Source: Dehalococcoidia bacterium
GTDB lineage: Bacteria; Chloroflexota; Dehalococcoidia; Bin125
Length of the DNA: 64,000 nt
Direction of reading: 5' to 3'
NCBI GenBank assembly: GCA_965203165.1
Contig: OZ241849.1
Coordinates: forward strand, 1,281,267-1,345,266
This document shows positions 41,023-51,739 of the stretch, piece by piece. The notes under the pieces are model-generated. The model did no database searches, was not told the DNA's origin, and was given only the letters and a program-made list of their open reading frames with translations. Position 1 is the stretch's first letter, and each line of letters starts with the position of its first letter. The position numbers and the translations under genes were made by a program.

Positions 41023-42275
41023 CCCGCAGCGCTGAGCGCGAGCGCGTCGTGATCACCGGCATCGGGCCGGTCACCCCGATCGGCATCGGCGTCGACGCCT
41101 TCTGGGACTCGCTGCGCGAGGGGCGCTCCGGCGTGCGCCGCGTGCCCGCCCTGGCCGAGGCCGGGCTCAAGGTGCAGATCGCCGCCGACATCCCCGAGTT
41201 CGACCCCACCGACTTTATGGACGCCAAGGCCGCCCGCCGCATGGCGCGCTTCGCCCAGCTCGCCGTCGCCGCCGGCCGCCTCGCCGTGGCCGACGCCGGG
41301 CTCGATCTTGCGCAACACGACACCGAGCGGATCGCCACGATCGTCAACACCGGCGGCGGCGGCGTCACGACCATCGCGGACCAGGCCGCGGTGCTCAACG
41401 AGCGCGGGCCCGGCCGCGTCTCGGCGCTGTTCGTGCCGATGATGGCGGGCAACATGGCCTCCTGCCAGGTCTCGATCGAGCTCGGCCTGCGCGGCCCGGT
41501 GATCACCTCGCTTGCCGCCTGCGCCAGCAGCGTCTACGCCTTCATCGACGGCCGCCAGATGCTGCTCGGCGGCGAGGCCGAACTGGCCCTCGCCGGCGGC
41601 GCGGAGTCCAATGTCTCCCCGCTGGGCATCGCCGGCCTGGCCAACATGCACGCGCTCTCGCGCCGCAACGAGGAGCCGACCCGCGCCTCGCGCCCCTTCG
41701 ACCGCGACCGCGACGGCTTCGTTTTCGGCGAAGGCGCGGTCGTCTGCATCCTCGAAACGCTTGAGCAGGCGCAGCGGCGCGGCGCGCGCATCTACGCCGA
41801 AGTGCTCGGCGGCGGGCGCACCGCCGACGCCTTCCACATCACCGCGCCCGATCCTCAGGGCGAGGGCGCAGCCCGCGCGATGCGGGCCGCGCTGCGCAAC
41901 TCCGAGCTCGAGCCCGAGGCGATCGACTACATCTGCGCGCACGGCACGGGCACCGCGCTCAACGACGCGATCGAGACCCGCGCGATTCACGATGTCTTCG
42001 GCGCGCACGCCGCGCGGCTTGCCGTCAGCTCGCCCAAGAGCATGACCGGCCACCTGATGGGCGCCGCCGGCGCGCTCTCGGCCGCCGCTGCCGCGCTCGC
42101 GCTCTATCACGGCGTCCTGCCGCCCACGATCAACCACGAGCACGCCGACCCCGACTGCGACCTCGATTACGTGCCTCAACGCTCGCGCCCCGCCGAGCTG
42201 CGCCACGCCCTGGTCAACGGCTTCGGCTTCGGCGGCCAGAACGGGGTTGTCGCGCTGGCCCGCTTGAGTGAGTAG
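41019..42275 (+). CDS. fabF: 3-oxoacyl-ACP synthase II (KAS II), copy 2
   Basis: AACASS, CAHGTGT, GHLMGAAG. Its start overlaps the previous stop (ATGA). Confidence 0.85.
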   Translation: MTRSAERERVVITGIGPVTPIGIGVDAFWDSLREGRSGVRRVPALAEAGLKVQIAADIPEFDPTDFMDAKAARRMARFAQLAVAAGRLAVADAGLDLAQHDTERIATIVNTGGGGVTTIADQAAVLNERGPGRVSALFVPMMAGNMASCQVSIELGLRGPVITSLAACASSVYAFIDGRQMLLGGEAELALAGGAESNVSPLGIAGLANMHALSRRNEEPTRASRPFDRDRDGFVFGEGAVVCILETLEQAQRRGARIYAEVLGGGRTADAFHITAPDPQGEGAARAMRAALRNSELEPEAIDYICAHGTGTALNDAIETRAIHDVFGAHAARLAVSSPKSMTGHLMGAAGALSAAAAALALYHGVLPPTINHEHADPDCDLDYVPQRSRPAELRHALVNGFGFGGQNGVVALARLSE

Positions 42276-42335
42276 CCTCACTGCTGCGGCGCACTCCCAA
42301 CCCGCGCCGCGCGACATCACGCGGAGGGAGCCCCG

Positions 42336-42590
42336 ATGAGCGCCGTCCAGGACCGCGTCCGACAACTGATCGCCGACCAACTCCGCCAGCCGCTCGAAAA
42401 GGTCGCCAACGATTCGCACCTGATCGACGACCTCGACGCCGACTCGCTGGACATCGTCGATCTGACGATCGCCATCGAGGAGGAATTCTCGACCGACGAC
42501 AACCAGCTCGAGATCCCTGAAGAAGACGCCGCCGAGATCCGCACGGTGCAGGAGCTGCTCGACTACCTCGCCAATCACGGAATCGTCTGA
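42336..42590 (+). CDS. acpP: Acyl carrier protein
   Basis: DLDADSLDIVDL phosphopantetheine-attachment motif; 84 aa, acidic. Confidence 0.85.
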   Translation: MSAVQDRVRQLIADQLRQPLEKVANDSHLIDDLDADSLDIVDLTIAIEEEFSTDDNQLEIPEEDAAEIRTVQELLDYLANHGIV

Positions 42591-42597
42591 GACCGCC

Positions 42598-42975
42598 GTG
42601 CCTCTGCAACGCATCCGCGCCGAGGCGATCCCCTACGCCCAGGCCGCGCAGCGGGCAGCGCAAGTGAGCGCGCAACCCGGCGCACAGCCAGCCGCGGAAG
42701 ACGGCGAACAACGCAGTGCGCAAGACGGCGCGGAACCCAACTCCGGGCTTGATGCCGAAGGCATCCGCCTGCGCGAGGGCCGCACCCTGCTCAACCGCTC
42801 GGTCGACTCGGCCTCCGCGCTGATCGTCGTCGAGGGCGCGATGCGAATCGGCGTGCTCGACGATGACGCCCTACTCATCCAGGGCGAAGGCGTCCTGCTG
42901 CCCGCAGGCGCCACCTACTCCCTCCGCGCCGAGCAGGAGTCGGTGGCATTTGTCTTCTCCACCCGCCCCCAGTAA
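42598..42975 (+). CDS. Small cupin-domain protein
   Basis: C-terminal beta-barrel-like segment; N-terminal low complexity. Weak call. Confidence 0.35.
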   Translation: MPLQRIRAEAIPYAQAAQRAAQVSAQPGAQPAAEDGEQRSAQDGAEPNSGLDAEGIRLREGRTLLNRSVDSASALIVVEGAMRIGVLDDDALLIQGEGVLLPAGATYSLRAEQESVAFVFSTRPQ

Positions 42976-42987
42976 GGCCGCCTGCGC

Positions 42988-43311
42988 TCACCAACCCACA
43001 GGCCGGCGCTGATGATCTTCTCGATAGAGGATCACATCTCCGATTCGGACCATTGACGGATAGACGCCGATCAGGTGCCCGAACACGCATCGCAGGTAGT
43101 GAACTCGTGCGACCGTTCGGCCATCGTCGTCGTAGAAACGCATGAAGTAGGACTGGCCGCCCAAGCTGCATCGGTAAGACGGTCTCATGGTCTTGTCTTC
43201 GAGTTTCTGCGTTAGGCGTCCATCGGCGGCTCGCTCGAACAGCTCCAGCGCATCGAAGAGATCATGGAGCTCGTATTCTTGTATTCTGACACTGCGAGGT
43301 TTGGCTGGCAT
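42988..43311 (-). CDS. Hypothetical protein (lower-GC)
   Basis: 107-aa ORF in a locally lower-GC stretch; no recognisable family. Confidence 0.3.
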   Translation of the reverse strand: MPAKPRSVRIQEYELHDLFDALELFERAADGRLTQKLEDKTMRPSYRCSLGGQSYFMRFYDDDGRTVARVHYLRCVFGHLIGVYPSMVRIGDVILYREDHQRRPVGW

Positions 43312-43324
43312 GGAAACTGCTCAG

Positions 43325-43600
43325 ATGAAGAATCGCCAGGTGCGGGCGGAGCTGGCTGACCAGCTGCGCGCCTGTCTTGCCGGTGACGCGGATGTCCGCG
43401 ACTTTCTCGCCTTCGAGGCAGACTACGGCCTCGATGACGAGATAGACAACGATCTCCGCCTGTTGCTGGACGGCCTCGCATTGCTCGGCTACGAAGTGCG
43501 CAGCGGATGGGCGCCGGCAGCCGCTTTCGAGGATCTGGCCCGCGAAACGTTGGACGAGCTCGCGCCGCAGGCTGTGGCGACCGAGGCGGCGGCTGACTGA
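43325..43600 (+). CDS. Hypothetical acidic protein divergent from the previous ORF
   Basis: MKNRQVRAELADQLRACLAGDADVRDFLAFEADYGLDDEIDNDL...; about 91 aa. Confidence 0.3.
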   Translation: MKNRQVRAELADQLRACLAGDADVRDFLAFEADYGLDDEIDNDLRLLLDGLALLGYEVRSGWAPAAAFEDLARETLDELAPQAVATEAAAD

Positions 43601-43604
43601 GCGG

Positions 43605-44588
43605 CTACGACGAGCCCAGCACCTTTTCCGGCTCCCAGAGGCCTGGGGCGATTGGGTCGCTGCGCAGGACTGCGGCCACTGCGCCCGACTCACTCAGCGC
43701 CAGCGCGTGGCGCTTGCCTTCCGCAGGGCGGGCTCGAATTGGCTGGCCGCGGCGAACCCGCGACAACTGCTCTCCGCTGAGCGTGAAGGCCGGCCAGTCG
43801 GCGAACAGCCGCGCGGGCGAGTCCGACAACTCCCAGATACGCTCCTCCTGCGCGGCCGCCTCCAGCGCCTGCGGCGTGTGCGCGTCCGCTGCGGTCAGAT
43901 CGCCGATTTGCGTGCGGCGCATTTCCGTCACGTGCGCCCCGCAGCCCAGCGCCGCGCCCAAATCGCGCGCCACCGCGCGCACGTAGGTGCCGGTGCTGAC
44001 GCGCATCGCCAGTTTCAGCTGCGGCAGCTCGAGCGAGACCAGCTCGAGTTCATGGATTGTCACCGTGCGGGGCTCGATCTCCAACGGCTGACCCGCCCGC
44101 GCGGCGCGATGCGCCGCGACGCCGCCGACCTTGACCGCGCTGTAGCGCGGCGGCGCCTGCTCGATTGTGCCCCGAAACGGAGCCAGCGCAGCTTCGAGCT
44201 GCGCTTCGGTCAGCGCCGGCACCTCGCCCGTCGAGATCACCTCGCCCTCGCTGTCGTCGGTATCCGTCGCCGCGCCGAGCAGCAGCGTGGCCTCGTAGGA
44301 CTTGGCGTAGGGCGTGAGGTACTCATTCAGGCGCGTCGCCAGCCCCACGAAGATCGGCAGCAGGCCCGTCGCCAGCGGATCCAGCGTGCCGCCGTGCCCT
44401 ACGCGGCGCAGGTTCGTCCAGCGGCGCACATCGCGGACGATGTCGTGCGAAGTCGGCCCGCTCGGCTTGTCGACCAGGAAGATCGCGCCGGGATGCTCGG
44501 GGCCGCGCTTGCGCCGCCGGCGGCCGCCGCGGCGGCGCGGCGGGCGCGCGCCCTGCTCCGCTTCCGTGTTGGTCTCCGCGTCGCTCAT
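43605..44588 (-). CDS. truB: tRNA pseudouridine(55) synthase
   Basis: FLVDKPSGPTSHDIVRDVRR...GHGGTLDPLATGLL. Confidence 0.85.
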   Translation of the reverse strand: MSDAETNTEAEQGARPPRRRGGRRRRKRGPEHPGAIFLVDKPSGPTSHDIVRDVRRWTNLRRVGHGGTLDPLATGLLPIFVGLATRLNEYLTPYAKSYEATLLLGAATDTDDSEGEVISTGEVPALTEAQLEAALAPFRGTIEQAPPRYSAVKVGGVAAHRAARAGQPLEIEPRTVTIHELELVSLELPQLKLAMRVSTGTYVRAVARDLGAALGCGAHVTEMRRTQIGDLTAADAHTPQALEAAAQEERIWELSDSPARLFADWPAFTLSGEQLSRVRRGQPIRARPAEGKRHALALSESGAVAAVLRSDPIAPGLWEPEKVLGSS

Positions 44589-44986
44589 GTCGACGCCTGC
44601 TGCTGATCGGCCGCGCCCTCGGCCGCCAGCGTGCGCAGCCGCGCGCTGATCTCGGCCGACAGCGCGATCCGGTCGTCGCGCTCGAACTCAATCAGCGGAA
44701 TGCGCTTCAGATGCAGCTTCTTGCGCAGGGTGCGGTGGACAAACGGCTCGGCGCTGCGCAGCGCGGCGAGCGCATTTTGCAGCGCGGCGGCCTGCGCCTC
44801 GGCCGACTCGTTCGGCTCGGTCATCACCGAGACCAACGCCCGCGCACGGCGCAGGTCGCGGCTGGCGCGCACTTCCGTCACGCTCAGCAGCGGCACATCG
44901 AGCCGCGGATCCTTCAGCTCCCCGGCGACCACCTCGGCCAGCGTGTCGCGCAGCAGATCGTTTACCCGCGCCATGCGATCAGTCAT
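44585..44986 (-). CDS. rbfA: Ribosome-binding factor A
   Basis: RVNDLLRDTLAEVVAGELKDPRL...LSVTEVRASRDLRRARALVSVM. Confidence 0.85.
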   Translation of the reverse strand: MTDRMARVNDLLRDTLAEVVAGELKDPRLDVPLLSVTEVRASRDLRRARALVSVMTEPNESAEAQAAALQNALAALRSAEPFVHRTLRKKLHLKRIPLIEFERDDRIALSAEISARLRTLAAEGAADQQQAST

Positions 44987-45001
44987 CAGCAGCGCCTCTC
45001 G

Positions 45002-46834
45002 TCAGCGCGGCGCGGCGTGAATCTCACCGCCCGATGAAATCCGCGACTGCGTCTCCACGTGGTAGAACTCCAGCTGATCGCCCGCCTCGAAATCGTCGAA
45101 CGTCGTCAGCGCGATGCCGCATTCCTGGCCAGCGTCGACCGACTGCACATCGTCCTGGAAGCGGCGCAGGTTGCGAATCTCGCCGCCTGCGATCAGCTCG
45201 CCGCCGCGGTAGACATGCACCTGCGCGCCGCGCTGAATTGCGCCGTCCAGCACCCGCGAACCGGCGATCTTGCCGAGCCCCCGAATCGGGAAGACTTGCA
45301 GCACCTCGGCATGCGCGTCGACCACCTGCATCTCGACCGGTTGGAGCATGCCCGTGATCGCCGCTTCCACCTCTTCGATCACCTGATAGATGATGCTGTA
45401 GGAGCGGATCTCGACCCCTTCCGTCTCGGCCAGCCTGGCCGCGCCGGGCTCAATGGCGCAGTTGAAGGCGATCACGATTCCCTCGGAGGCGAGCGCGAGG
45501 TTGACATCGGTGCCGGTCACCGCGCCCGCGGCGGCGTGGATAACCTTGACCGCCACCTCTTCGTTGCTCAGGCGCTCGAGCGAATCGCGCAGCGCTTCGA
45601 CGCTGCCCACCACATCGGTCTTCACGATCAGGTTGAGCGAGCTGACGCCGCCGCGCGAGATTTCGCCGAACAGCGCGTCGAGGCTGGCCGAGTGGCGCAG
45701 TTGCGCCTCGCGCGCCTCACGCGCCCGCTTGGCCTGCTCGTAGATGCGCTTCGCCTCGCGATCGCTGGCCGCCACGCGGAAAGCGTCGCCCGCGTTGGCC
45801 ACATCCTGCAGCCCGAGCGCCACGACCGGCGTCGAAGGTCCTGCATCCCGAATTCGCATTCCGGCGAAATCGGTCATCGCCTTGATCCGCCCCCAGGTTC
45901 GGCCGACCAGCACGGCGTCGCCCTGGCGCAGCCGCCCGCGCTGTACCAGCAGCGTCGTGCGCGGCCCCTGCCGACGGTCCAGCTCCGCCTCGATCACCAC
46001 CCCCGCGGCGGCCCGCTCCGGATTCGCCTGAAAGTTGCTGATGTCGGCCAGCAGGCCGACCGTTTCCAACAGATCGTCCAGCCCGTCGCCGCGCGTTGCC
46101 GACACCTGCACCAGCGGCACCTCGCCGCCGTATTCCTCGATCTGCACCCCCGCCTCGGCCAGCGAGGCCTTGACCCGATCCGGGTTGACGTTGTCCAAGT
46201 CCATCTTGTTCAGCGCGACGACCATCGGCACTTCCGCCGCCTGGATGTGGTTGATCGCCTCGCGCGTCTGCGGCATTACCCCGTCGTTGGCGGCCACCAC
46301 CAACACGGCGATATCGGTCGCGCTCGCTCCCCGCGCGCGCATCTCCGTGAACGCCTCGTGGCCCGGCGTGTCGATGAAGGTCAGCAGCCGTCCATCGGCC
46401 TCCGCCTGGTAGGCGCCGACTCGCTGCGTAATCCCGCCCGCCTCGCCTTCCGCCACATTCGCCTCGCGGATGGCGTCGAGCAGGCTCGTCTTGCCGTGGT
46501 CCACGTGCCCCAGCACTGCGATCACCGGCGGACGCGGGCGGAGCGCCGCCGGATCGTCCCGATCGGCTTCGAGATCGGTCAGGAAATCGAGCGTCACGGG
46601 CGCTTCCGGCTCGGCGATCACATCGCCCTGCTCCTCCGGCTCGAAGCCGTACGTGAGCGCCACCACCGCCGCCGTGTCGTAGTCCAGCGTCTTGCTCACG
46701 TCGGCCATCACGCCGTTGAGCATCAGCGTCTTGATCACGGTCACGGGCGTGTCGTCGAGCAGCTCGGCAAGCTCGCGCACGGTCAGCGTGCGGGGAATTT
46801 GCAGTGTCTGCGCGGGGGGTTCCTGCGTCGTCAT
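45002..46834 (-). CDS. infB: Translation initiation factor IF-2 (short form, about 610 aa)
   Basis: G-domain [12 protein letters not shown]...DTPGHEAF...NKMD. The start was re-derived at MTTQEPPAQ (cat at 46832-46834). The 836-aa track ORF carries a spurious N-terminal extension. Confidence 0.9.
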   Translation of the reverse strand: MTTQEPPAQTLQIPRTLTVRELAELLDDTPVTVIKTLMLNGVMADVSKTLDYDTAAVVALTYGFEPEEQGDVIAEPEAPVTLDFLTDLEADRDDPAALRPRPPVIAVLGHVDHGKTSLLDAIREANVAEGEAGGITQRVGAYQAEADGRLLTFIDTPGHEAFTEMRARGASATDIAVLVVAANDGVMPQTREAINHIQAAEVPMVVALNKMDLDNVNPDRVKASLAEAGVQIEEYGGEVPLVQVSATRGDGLDDLLETVGLLADISNFQANPERAAAGVVIEAELDRRQGPRTTLLVQRGRLRQGDAVLVGRTWGRIKAMTDFAGMRIRDAGPSTPVVALGLQDVANAGDAFRVAASDREAKRIYEQAKRAREAREAQLRHSASLDALFGEISRGGVSSLNLIVKTDVVGSVEALRDSLERLSNEEVAVKVIHAAAGAVTGTDVNLALASEGIVIAFNCAIEPGAARLAETEGVEIRSYSIIYQVIEEVEAAITGMLQPVEMQVVDAHAEVLQVFPIRGLGKIAGSRVLDGAIQRGAQVHVYRGGELIAGGEIRNLRRFQDDVQSVDAGQECGIALTTFDDFEAGDQLEFYHVETQSRISSGGEIHAAPR

Positions 46835-47130
46835 ATCGCTTCCTCCTGCCCCGGGCCGTAGGCCCGCGAAATTTCGCCGCTCAATGCGGCCGGGATCGCG
46901 CAGCGCAGCGCGCGGGCCAGCGGGCGCAGGTCGGCGGCCAGCGCTGCGGCGCAGGCGCCGCCCCGATGTACATACGCGCCGCGCCCCTCCGCCGCGCCCA
47001 AGCGCAGCTCGCCGGCCGGCGTCCGCGCCATGCGCCCCAGCGCCGCCTTGGGCGCCGCTCGGCGGCAGACCACGCAGCGGCGCAGGGGCGCATCGGACAG
47101 GCGGCTGCTGGGCGGGGCGACTGCGGCCAC
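46831..47130 (-). CDS. ylxR: YlxR/RnpM-family protein (DUF448)
   Basis: RRCVVCRRAAPKAALGRMARTPAGELRLG...GRGAYVHRGGACAA. Conserved nusA-ylxR-infB order; its stop overlaps the infB start. Confidence 0.7.
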   Translation of the reverse strand: MAAVAPPSSRLSDAPLRRCVVCRRAAPKAALGRMARTPAGELRLGAAEGRGAYVHRGGACAAALAADLRPLARALRCAIPAALSGEISRAYGPGQEEAI

Positions 47131-47201
47131 GGCTGCTCCTTCCTCGATCGGCGCGCGCCTGCCGAGGAAGGTCCGCGGGCGCCGCGCCGATCAGCGCACG
47201 G

Positions 47202-48641
47202 TTAGAACTCGTCCTCGTAATCGGCGTACTGCGCGTAGGGGTCTTCGTCTTCGTCGATCTCCTCGACGGTTTCGATGTAGCGCGGGCGGCGGCGCGGGCG
47301 GCGCTGCTGATCTTCCTGCTCGCGCTGCAGCACTTCCTCCCCGAAACGAATTTGGCCCGGCTGAGAGGCGGCCGGCTGCAGTTCCGTCGCGGCCAGGGCC
47401 GGCTCCGGTTCCGGCTCTTCCTCGACCAGTGCGGCCGGCTGGTAGGACGGCGGCGCGGCCGGCTCGTCCACCGCCGGCGTCGGTTCGGGCGGCTCGGCCG
47501 CCGGCAACGCAATCGGCGGGGGCGGCGCCATCGGCTCCGGCACGATCACCAATTCCTCCTGCGGCGCAAACGCGCCGCGCCCTTCGTCGCTGAGACGCTC
47601 CGCCACCGTCTGCGGTTTGATGTCGATCCGGTGGCCTGTCAGCCGCGCCGCCAGCCGCACATTCTGCCCGTCCCGCCCGATCGCCAGGCTCAACTGCTGA
47701 TCGGGCACGGCCACCTCGGCCGTGTTCGTGCCGCGCACGAATCGCACCGCCAGCGTGTGCGCCGGGCTCAGCGCGTGCTCGACATAGAGCCGCGGGTCGT
47801 GATCCCACTGCACCACATCGATTCGCTCGCCGTTCAACTCGTTGACCACGTTCTGGATCCGAATTGCGCGCATCCCCACGCAGGCGCCGATCGCATCAAC
47901 CCCCTCCTGGCGCGAGTAGACGGCGATTTTCGTGCGGTAGCCGGGTTCGCGCGCGAGGCCGCGAATTTCGATCGTGCCGCGTCCGATCTCCGGCACTTCC
48001 ATCTCGAACAGCCGCCGCACAAACTCCGGGCGCCGCCGCGAAATCACGATCTGCGGTCCCTTGTTGGCCTGCAGCACCTCGATCATCAGCGCACGGATTC
48101 GCTGCCCGCTGCGGTAGTGCTCCATCCGCACCTGCTCATCGCTCGGCAGCACCGCCTCCGCGCGGCCAAGATCCACAATCACCTGGTGGTTGTCGATCCG
48201 CTGCACCAGGCCCGAGACGATCCCGCCCTCCTGCCCGGAGTACTCCTCGAACACCGCGTCGCGCTCGGCTTCGCGCAGCGCCTGGAGCACCACCTGCTTC
48301 GCCGTCTGCGCCTCGATTCGCCCGCCCACCTCGCCGACCTGATGCTGCTGCCGCAGCATCGAGCCGATCGCCGCGCCCGCGTCGATCGCCTGCGCCCGCT
48401 CCAGGTCGATCTGTAGATCCTCGTCGGCGATGTCCTCCTCGATTTCCACGACCTCCATCTCCGACCAGACATCCATCGCCCCGTCGTAGCGATCGATCCT
48501 GACCGACACCTCGCCCGGCAAGTCGTAGCCGCGCTTCACCGCAGCCGCCATGCCGCGCTCCACGGCGTCGAACACGACGTCCTCATTGAGGGCCTTTTCG
48601 GCCGTCAGCTGCTTGATCGCCAGGAGAAATTCGGTCTTCAT
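47202..48641 (-). CDS. nusA: Transcription termination/antitermination factor NusA with an acidic C-terminal tail
   Basis: [16 protein letters not shown]...; S1 and KH domains. Start re-derived at M16 (cat at 48639-48641). Confidence 0.9.
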   Translation of the reverse strand: MKTEFLLAIKQLTAEKALNEDVVFDAVERGMAAAVKRGYDLPGEVSVRIDRYDGAMDVWSEMEVVEIEEDIADEDLQIDLERAQAIDAGAAIGSMLRQQHQVGEVGGRIEAQTAKQVVLQALREAERDAVFEEYSGQEGGIVSGLVQRIDNHQVIVDLGRAEAVLPSDEQVRMEHYRSGQRIRALMIEVLQANKGPQIVISRRRPEFVRRLFEMEVPEIGRGTIEIRGLAREPGYRTKIAVYSRQEGVDAIGACVGMRAIRIQNVVNELNGERIDVVQWDHDPRLYVEHALSPAHTLAVRFVRGTNTAEVAVPDQQLSLAIGRDGQNVRLAARLTGHRIDIKPQTVAERLSDEGRGAFAPQEELVIVPEPMAPPPPIALPAAEPPEPTPAVDEPAAPPSYQPAALVEEEPEPEPALAATELQPAASQPGQIRFGEEVLQREQEDQQRRPRRRPRYIETVEEIDEDEDPYAQYADYEDEF

Positions 48642-48797
48642 CGCGCTGCCCATCGCGCTAGCCGCTGGGGAGCGGCCCGTTCGCACACACGCTTCAGTCG
48701 TGATCCGGGGCCGCGCACGCCAGATGCGGTCTCAGCCCCGCTGGACTCTCAGCATACACCCGCAACCGACCTGGAACGCCCGCGTCTCAGTCGCGCA

Positions 48798-50513
48798 TCA
48801 GTCACTCAGGGCGGCGAGCGCAGCCTGCGTTACCGAAGCGGCCTCCGCCAGCGCGATGTTGCGCGGCTCCGCTTCGGCGCGCGCCTTCAGCTCCACCTCG
48901 CCGTCGCGCAGTCCGCGCGGTCCCAGCGTGATGCGCAGCGGGACGCCGATCAGGTCGGCGTCGTTGAATTTCACGCCCGGCCGCTCGTCGCGATCGTCGC
49001 TCAGGCAGGACAGCCCGGCCGCTTCCAGGTCGGCTTCAAGGCGCTCCAGCGCGGCGCCCACATCCTCGCGCTCCGCCCCGATCGCCACAACATGCACATC
49101 GTAGGGCGCGACGGAGGGCGGCCAGACGATGCCCTGCTCGTCATGGTTGGCCTGCACCACCGCGGCCAGCAGCCGCTCGAGGCCGATGCCGTAGCAGCCC
49201 ATCACGGGCAGCACGCGCTCGCCCTCGGCGTTGAGCACGCCCGCGGCCATTGGCTCGGCGTAGACCTCGCCCAGTCGGAAGATGTGACCCAGCTCCACCC
49301 CGCGCTGCATTAGCAGCCGCCCACCGGCGCACGCCGCGCAGGGCGAGCCGGCCTGCGCCAGGCCGATGTCTGCGACTGTTCCTGCGGACCAGCCGCGCCC
49401 GTAATTCAGGTTGCGCAGGTGATAGCCCTCGCGGTTCGCGCCGCCGATCAGGTTGCGGGCTTCGACCACGCTGGGGTCCGCGACGACCCGCGCCGCGTCG
49501 AGCCCGACCGGCGAGGCATAGCCTGCTATCCAGCCGGCGTCGGCGACCTCCTCCGGCGTCAACGCCCGCGCTTCGTCCGCGCCCAGCGCGTTGATCAGCT
49601 TCAGCTCGTTGACCTCCAGGTCGCCGCGAATCACCGCGAAGGTCGGCTCGCCGTCCACCAAGAAGAAGGCAGCCTTCGCGGTGCGTTCCGCCGGCACGCC
49701 GAGGAATTCGGCCAGCGCCTCGATCGTCGTCGTGCCCGGCGTCGCCACATCCTCCATTGGCAGGGCGTCCTCTTCCGACGCTGCGCCGCGGGAGAACTCG
49801 GCCCGCTCCTGGTTCGCCGCGTAGCCGCACGAGTCGCAGAGCGCGATGTTGTCCTCGCCGATTTCGGTGAGGAAGATGAACTCCTCCGACTGCTTGCCGC
49901 CGATCGCGCCTGAATCCGCCTGCACCGCCACGACGGGCACCGCGCAGCGCCGATACACATTGTGGTAGGCCTCCGCCATCGCCGCGTAGGTTTGCTGGAA
50001 CGCCTGCTCGTCGATATCGAACGAGTAGGCGTCCTTCATGATGAACTCGCGCACGCGGATCAGGCCGCCGCGCGGGCGCGGCTCGTCGCGGAACTTGGTC
50101 TGCATCTGGAACACGCGCTGGGGCAGGTCGCGGTAGGACTGCGCCGTCTTGCGGAACAGGTCCGTCACCGCTTCTTCGTGCGTCGGCGCGAGCACCATCG
50201 GCCGCTCGCGGCGGTCGCGCAGTTGGAACAGCACCGGCCCGTAGGAGCGGTCGCGGCCCGTCTCCTGCCAGAGCTCGAGCGGCTGCATCGCGGGCATGCG
50301 GATTTCCTGAGCTCCCGCGGCCTCCATCTCCTCGCGCACGATTTGCTCGATTTTGCGCAGGCTGCGCCAGGCTGCGGGCATGAATGAGTAGACGCCCGCG
50401 GCGAGCTGCACGATCAGTCCGGAGCGCAGCAGCAGTTGGTGGTTGGCGCTGTCCGCGTCGCCCGGGGCTTCGCGCAGGGTGCGCCCGAACATGCCGCTCA
50501 TTCGCGTGGCCAT
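48798..50513 (-). CDS. proS: Proline--tRNA ligase
   Basis: MATRMSGMFGRTLREAP...; class II motifs. The start was re-derived (cat at 50511-50513). The 731-aa track ORF reads into repeat cluster E. Confidence 0.9.
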   Translation of the reverse strand: MATRMSGMFGRTLREAPGDADSANHQLLLRSGLIVQLAAGVYSFMPAAWRSLRKIEQIVREEMEAAGAQEIRMPAMQPLELWQETGRDRSYGPVLFQLRDRRERPMVLAPTHEEAVTDLFRKTAQSYRDLPQRVFQMQTKFRDEPRPRGGLIRVREFIMKDAYSFDIDEQAFQQTYAAMAEAYHNVYRRCAVPVVAVQADSGAIGGKQSEEFIFLTEIGEDNIALCDSCGYAANQERAEFSRGAASEEDALPMEDVATPGTTTIEALAEFLGVPAERTAKAAFFLVDGEPTFAVIRGDLEVNELKLINALGADEARALTPEEVADAGWIAGYASPVGLDAARVVADPSVVEARNLIGGANREGYHLRNLNYGRGWSAGTVADIGLAQAGSPCAACAGGRLLMQRGVELGHIFRLGEVYAEPMAAGVLNAEGERVLPVMGCYGIGLERLLAAVVQANHDEQGIVWPPSVAPYDVHVVAIGAEREDVGAALERLEADLEAAGLSCLSDDRDERPGVKFNDADLIGVPLRITLGPRGLRDGEVELKARAEAEPRNIALAEAASVTQAALAALSD

Positions 50514-50875
50514 CAGTCCCGCTCCTCCTGCGCTTCCTGCGACTGTATCGAGCGCTCCCGCTCCGCGCAGCGCCGCCGCGCCCAGGGGCGAAACAGCCGC
50601 CCCAGCTCGAACGAGTCCCAGACCGCGTAGGCGAGACGGCAGAGGAGCAAGCCTCCGGCCAGCGCCGTGAGCATGCTCACCGCGATCCCCGTTCCGTCGT
50701 CGAGCCCCAGCAGTGGAGTCGCCGCGCCGCCGCCGATCGCGCCCAGCAGCGCGCAGGGCAGCGCGAAGATGGCGCCCACCGCACGGCGCCGCAGGCTGAG
50801 GCCGATCCAGGCCAGTGCGCCCAAGGCTGCCCATGTGAGCAGAAACAGCGTCAAAAAGATCGCGTCGAAGAGCAC
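50513..50875 (-). CDS. Hypothetical small membrane protein upstream of proS
   Basis: Three hydrophobic helices (LFDAIFLTLFLLTWAALGALAWIGL...). GTG start; its stop overlaps the proS ATG. Confidence 0.35.
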   Translation of the reverse strand: MLFDAIFLTLFLLTWAALGALAWIGLSLRRRAVGAIFALPCALLGAIGGGAATPLLGLDDGTGIAVSMLTALAGGLLLCRLAYAVWDSFELGRLFRPWARRRCAERERSIQSQEAQEERD

Positions 50876-50889
50876 CCTGCCAGCCTATG

Positions 50890-51615
50890 CCCGGCGCAAC
50901 CCCGCCATACCCGCGCCGCAACTCCGTCATACCCGCGTTTGCCGCGGGTATCTCGCCGCGGTGAGCACCAAGCACCGTTCCCGCCTCCCACACCCCCGCT
51001 CACCGTGCCCGCCCAAGCGGCGTCCGAGCGCCGCCGGACGTTTGGGGGCGGGGTGTTGCGCTGCGCGTGGGTCTGCGCAGGATCGATCGAGTGGGAGGCG
51101 TGGAGGCGAGCGCGGGGTTCCGTGCAGAACTCGGCGAGATACCCGCGGCAAGCGCGGGTATGACGGATCTTTTCGCGCGGGTGTGGCGGACCTTTTCGCG
51201 GGTGTGGCGGACCTTTTCGCGCGGGTGTGACGGAGCTTTTCGCGCGGGTGTGGCGGACCTTTTCGTGCGGGTGTGACGGACCTTTTCGCGGGTGTGACGG
51301 ACCTTTTCGTGGGTGTGGCGGACCTTTTCGCGCGGGTATGACGGACCTTTTCGCGCGGGCGTGACGGACCTTTTCGTGGGTATGACGGACCTTTTCGCGC
51401 GGGTGTGGCGGACCTTTTCGCGCGGGTGTGGCGGACCTTTTCGCGCGGAGCGGCGGGGCTCTTGTGCGCGGGGGTGGCGAATGAGGCGGTTGGAGGCCAG
51501 GGACGGTGCTTGGTGCCCAGCGCGGCGAGATACCCGCGGCAAGCGCGGGTATGACGGATCTTTTTCGCGCGGGTATGACGGACCTCATTTTGCGCGGGGG
51601 TGGCGGGTTTGTTGT
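50890..51615. repeat. Repeat cluster E: one inverted core, two forward cores, and about 15 iterations of a 23-25 bp half-site unit
   Basis: Inverted core at about 50925; forward cores at about 51133 and 51525. GGACCTTTTCGCGCGGGTGTGGC-like units span 51170-51440. Confidence 0.85.
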
Positions 51616-51739
51616 GTAGGTGTTGGCGGGGTCGTTGCGTGGGAGTAACGGGAGCGGGAATTGTGAGCAGGCCCTAGCCTGCCCAACGCCATTGCTTGTG
51701 CTTGGCAGAGATTGGGGAGCGGGGATGTGCGGAGCGGCA

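Noticed and set aside
45002-47512. 836-aa version of infB
   Set aside because: The first 226 residues are Arg/Pro-rich and overlap ylxR in another frame. A canonical IF-2 N-terminus (MTTQEPP...) begins at 46834.
48798-50993. 731-aa version of proS and the 50851-51879 / 51000-51542 ORFs
   Set aside because: The extension translates the inverted repeat core (..GEIPAANAGMTEL..). Real ProS starts at MATRMSGM (50513).
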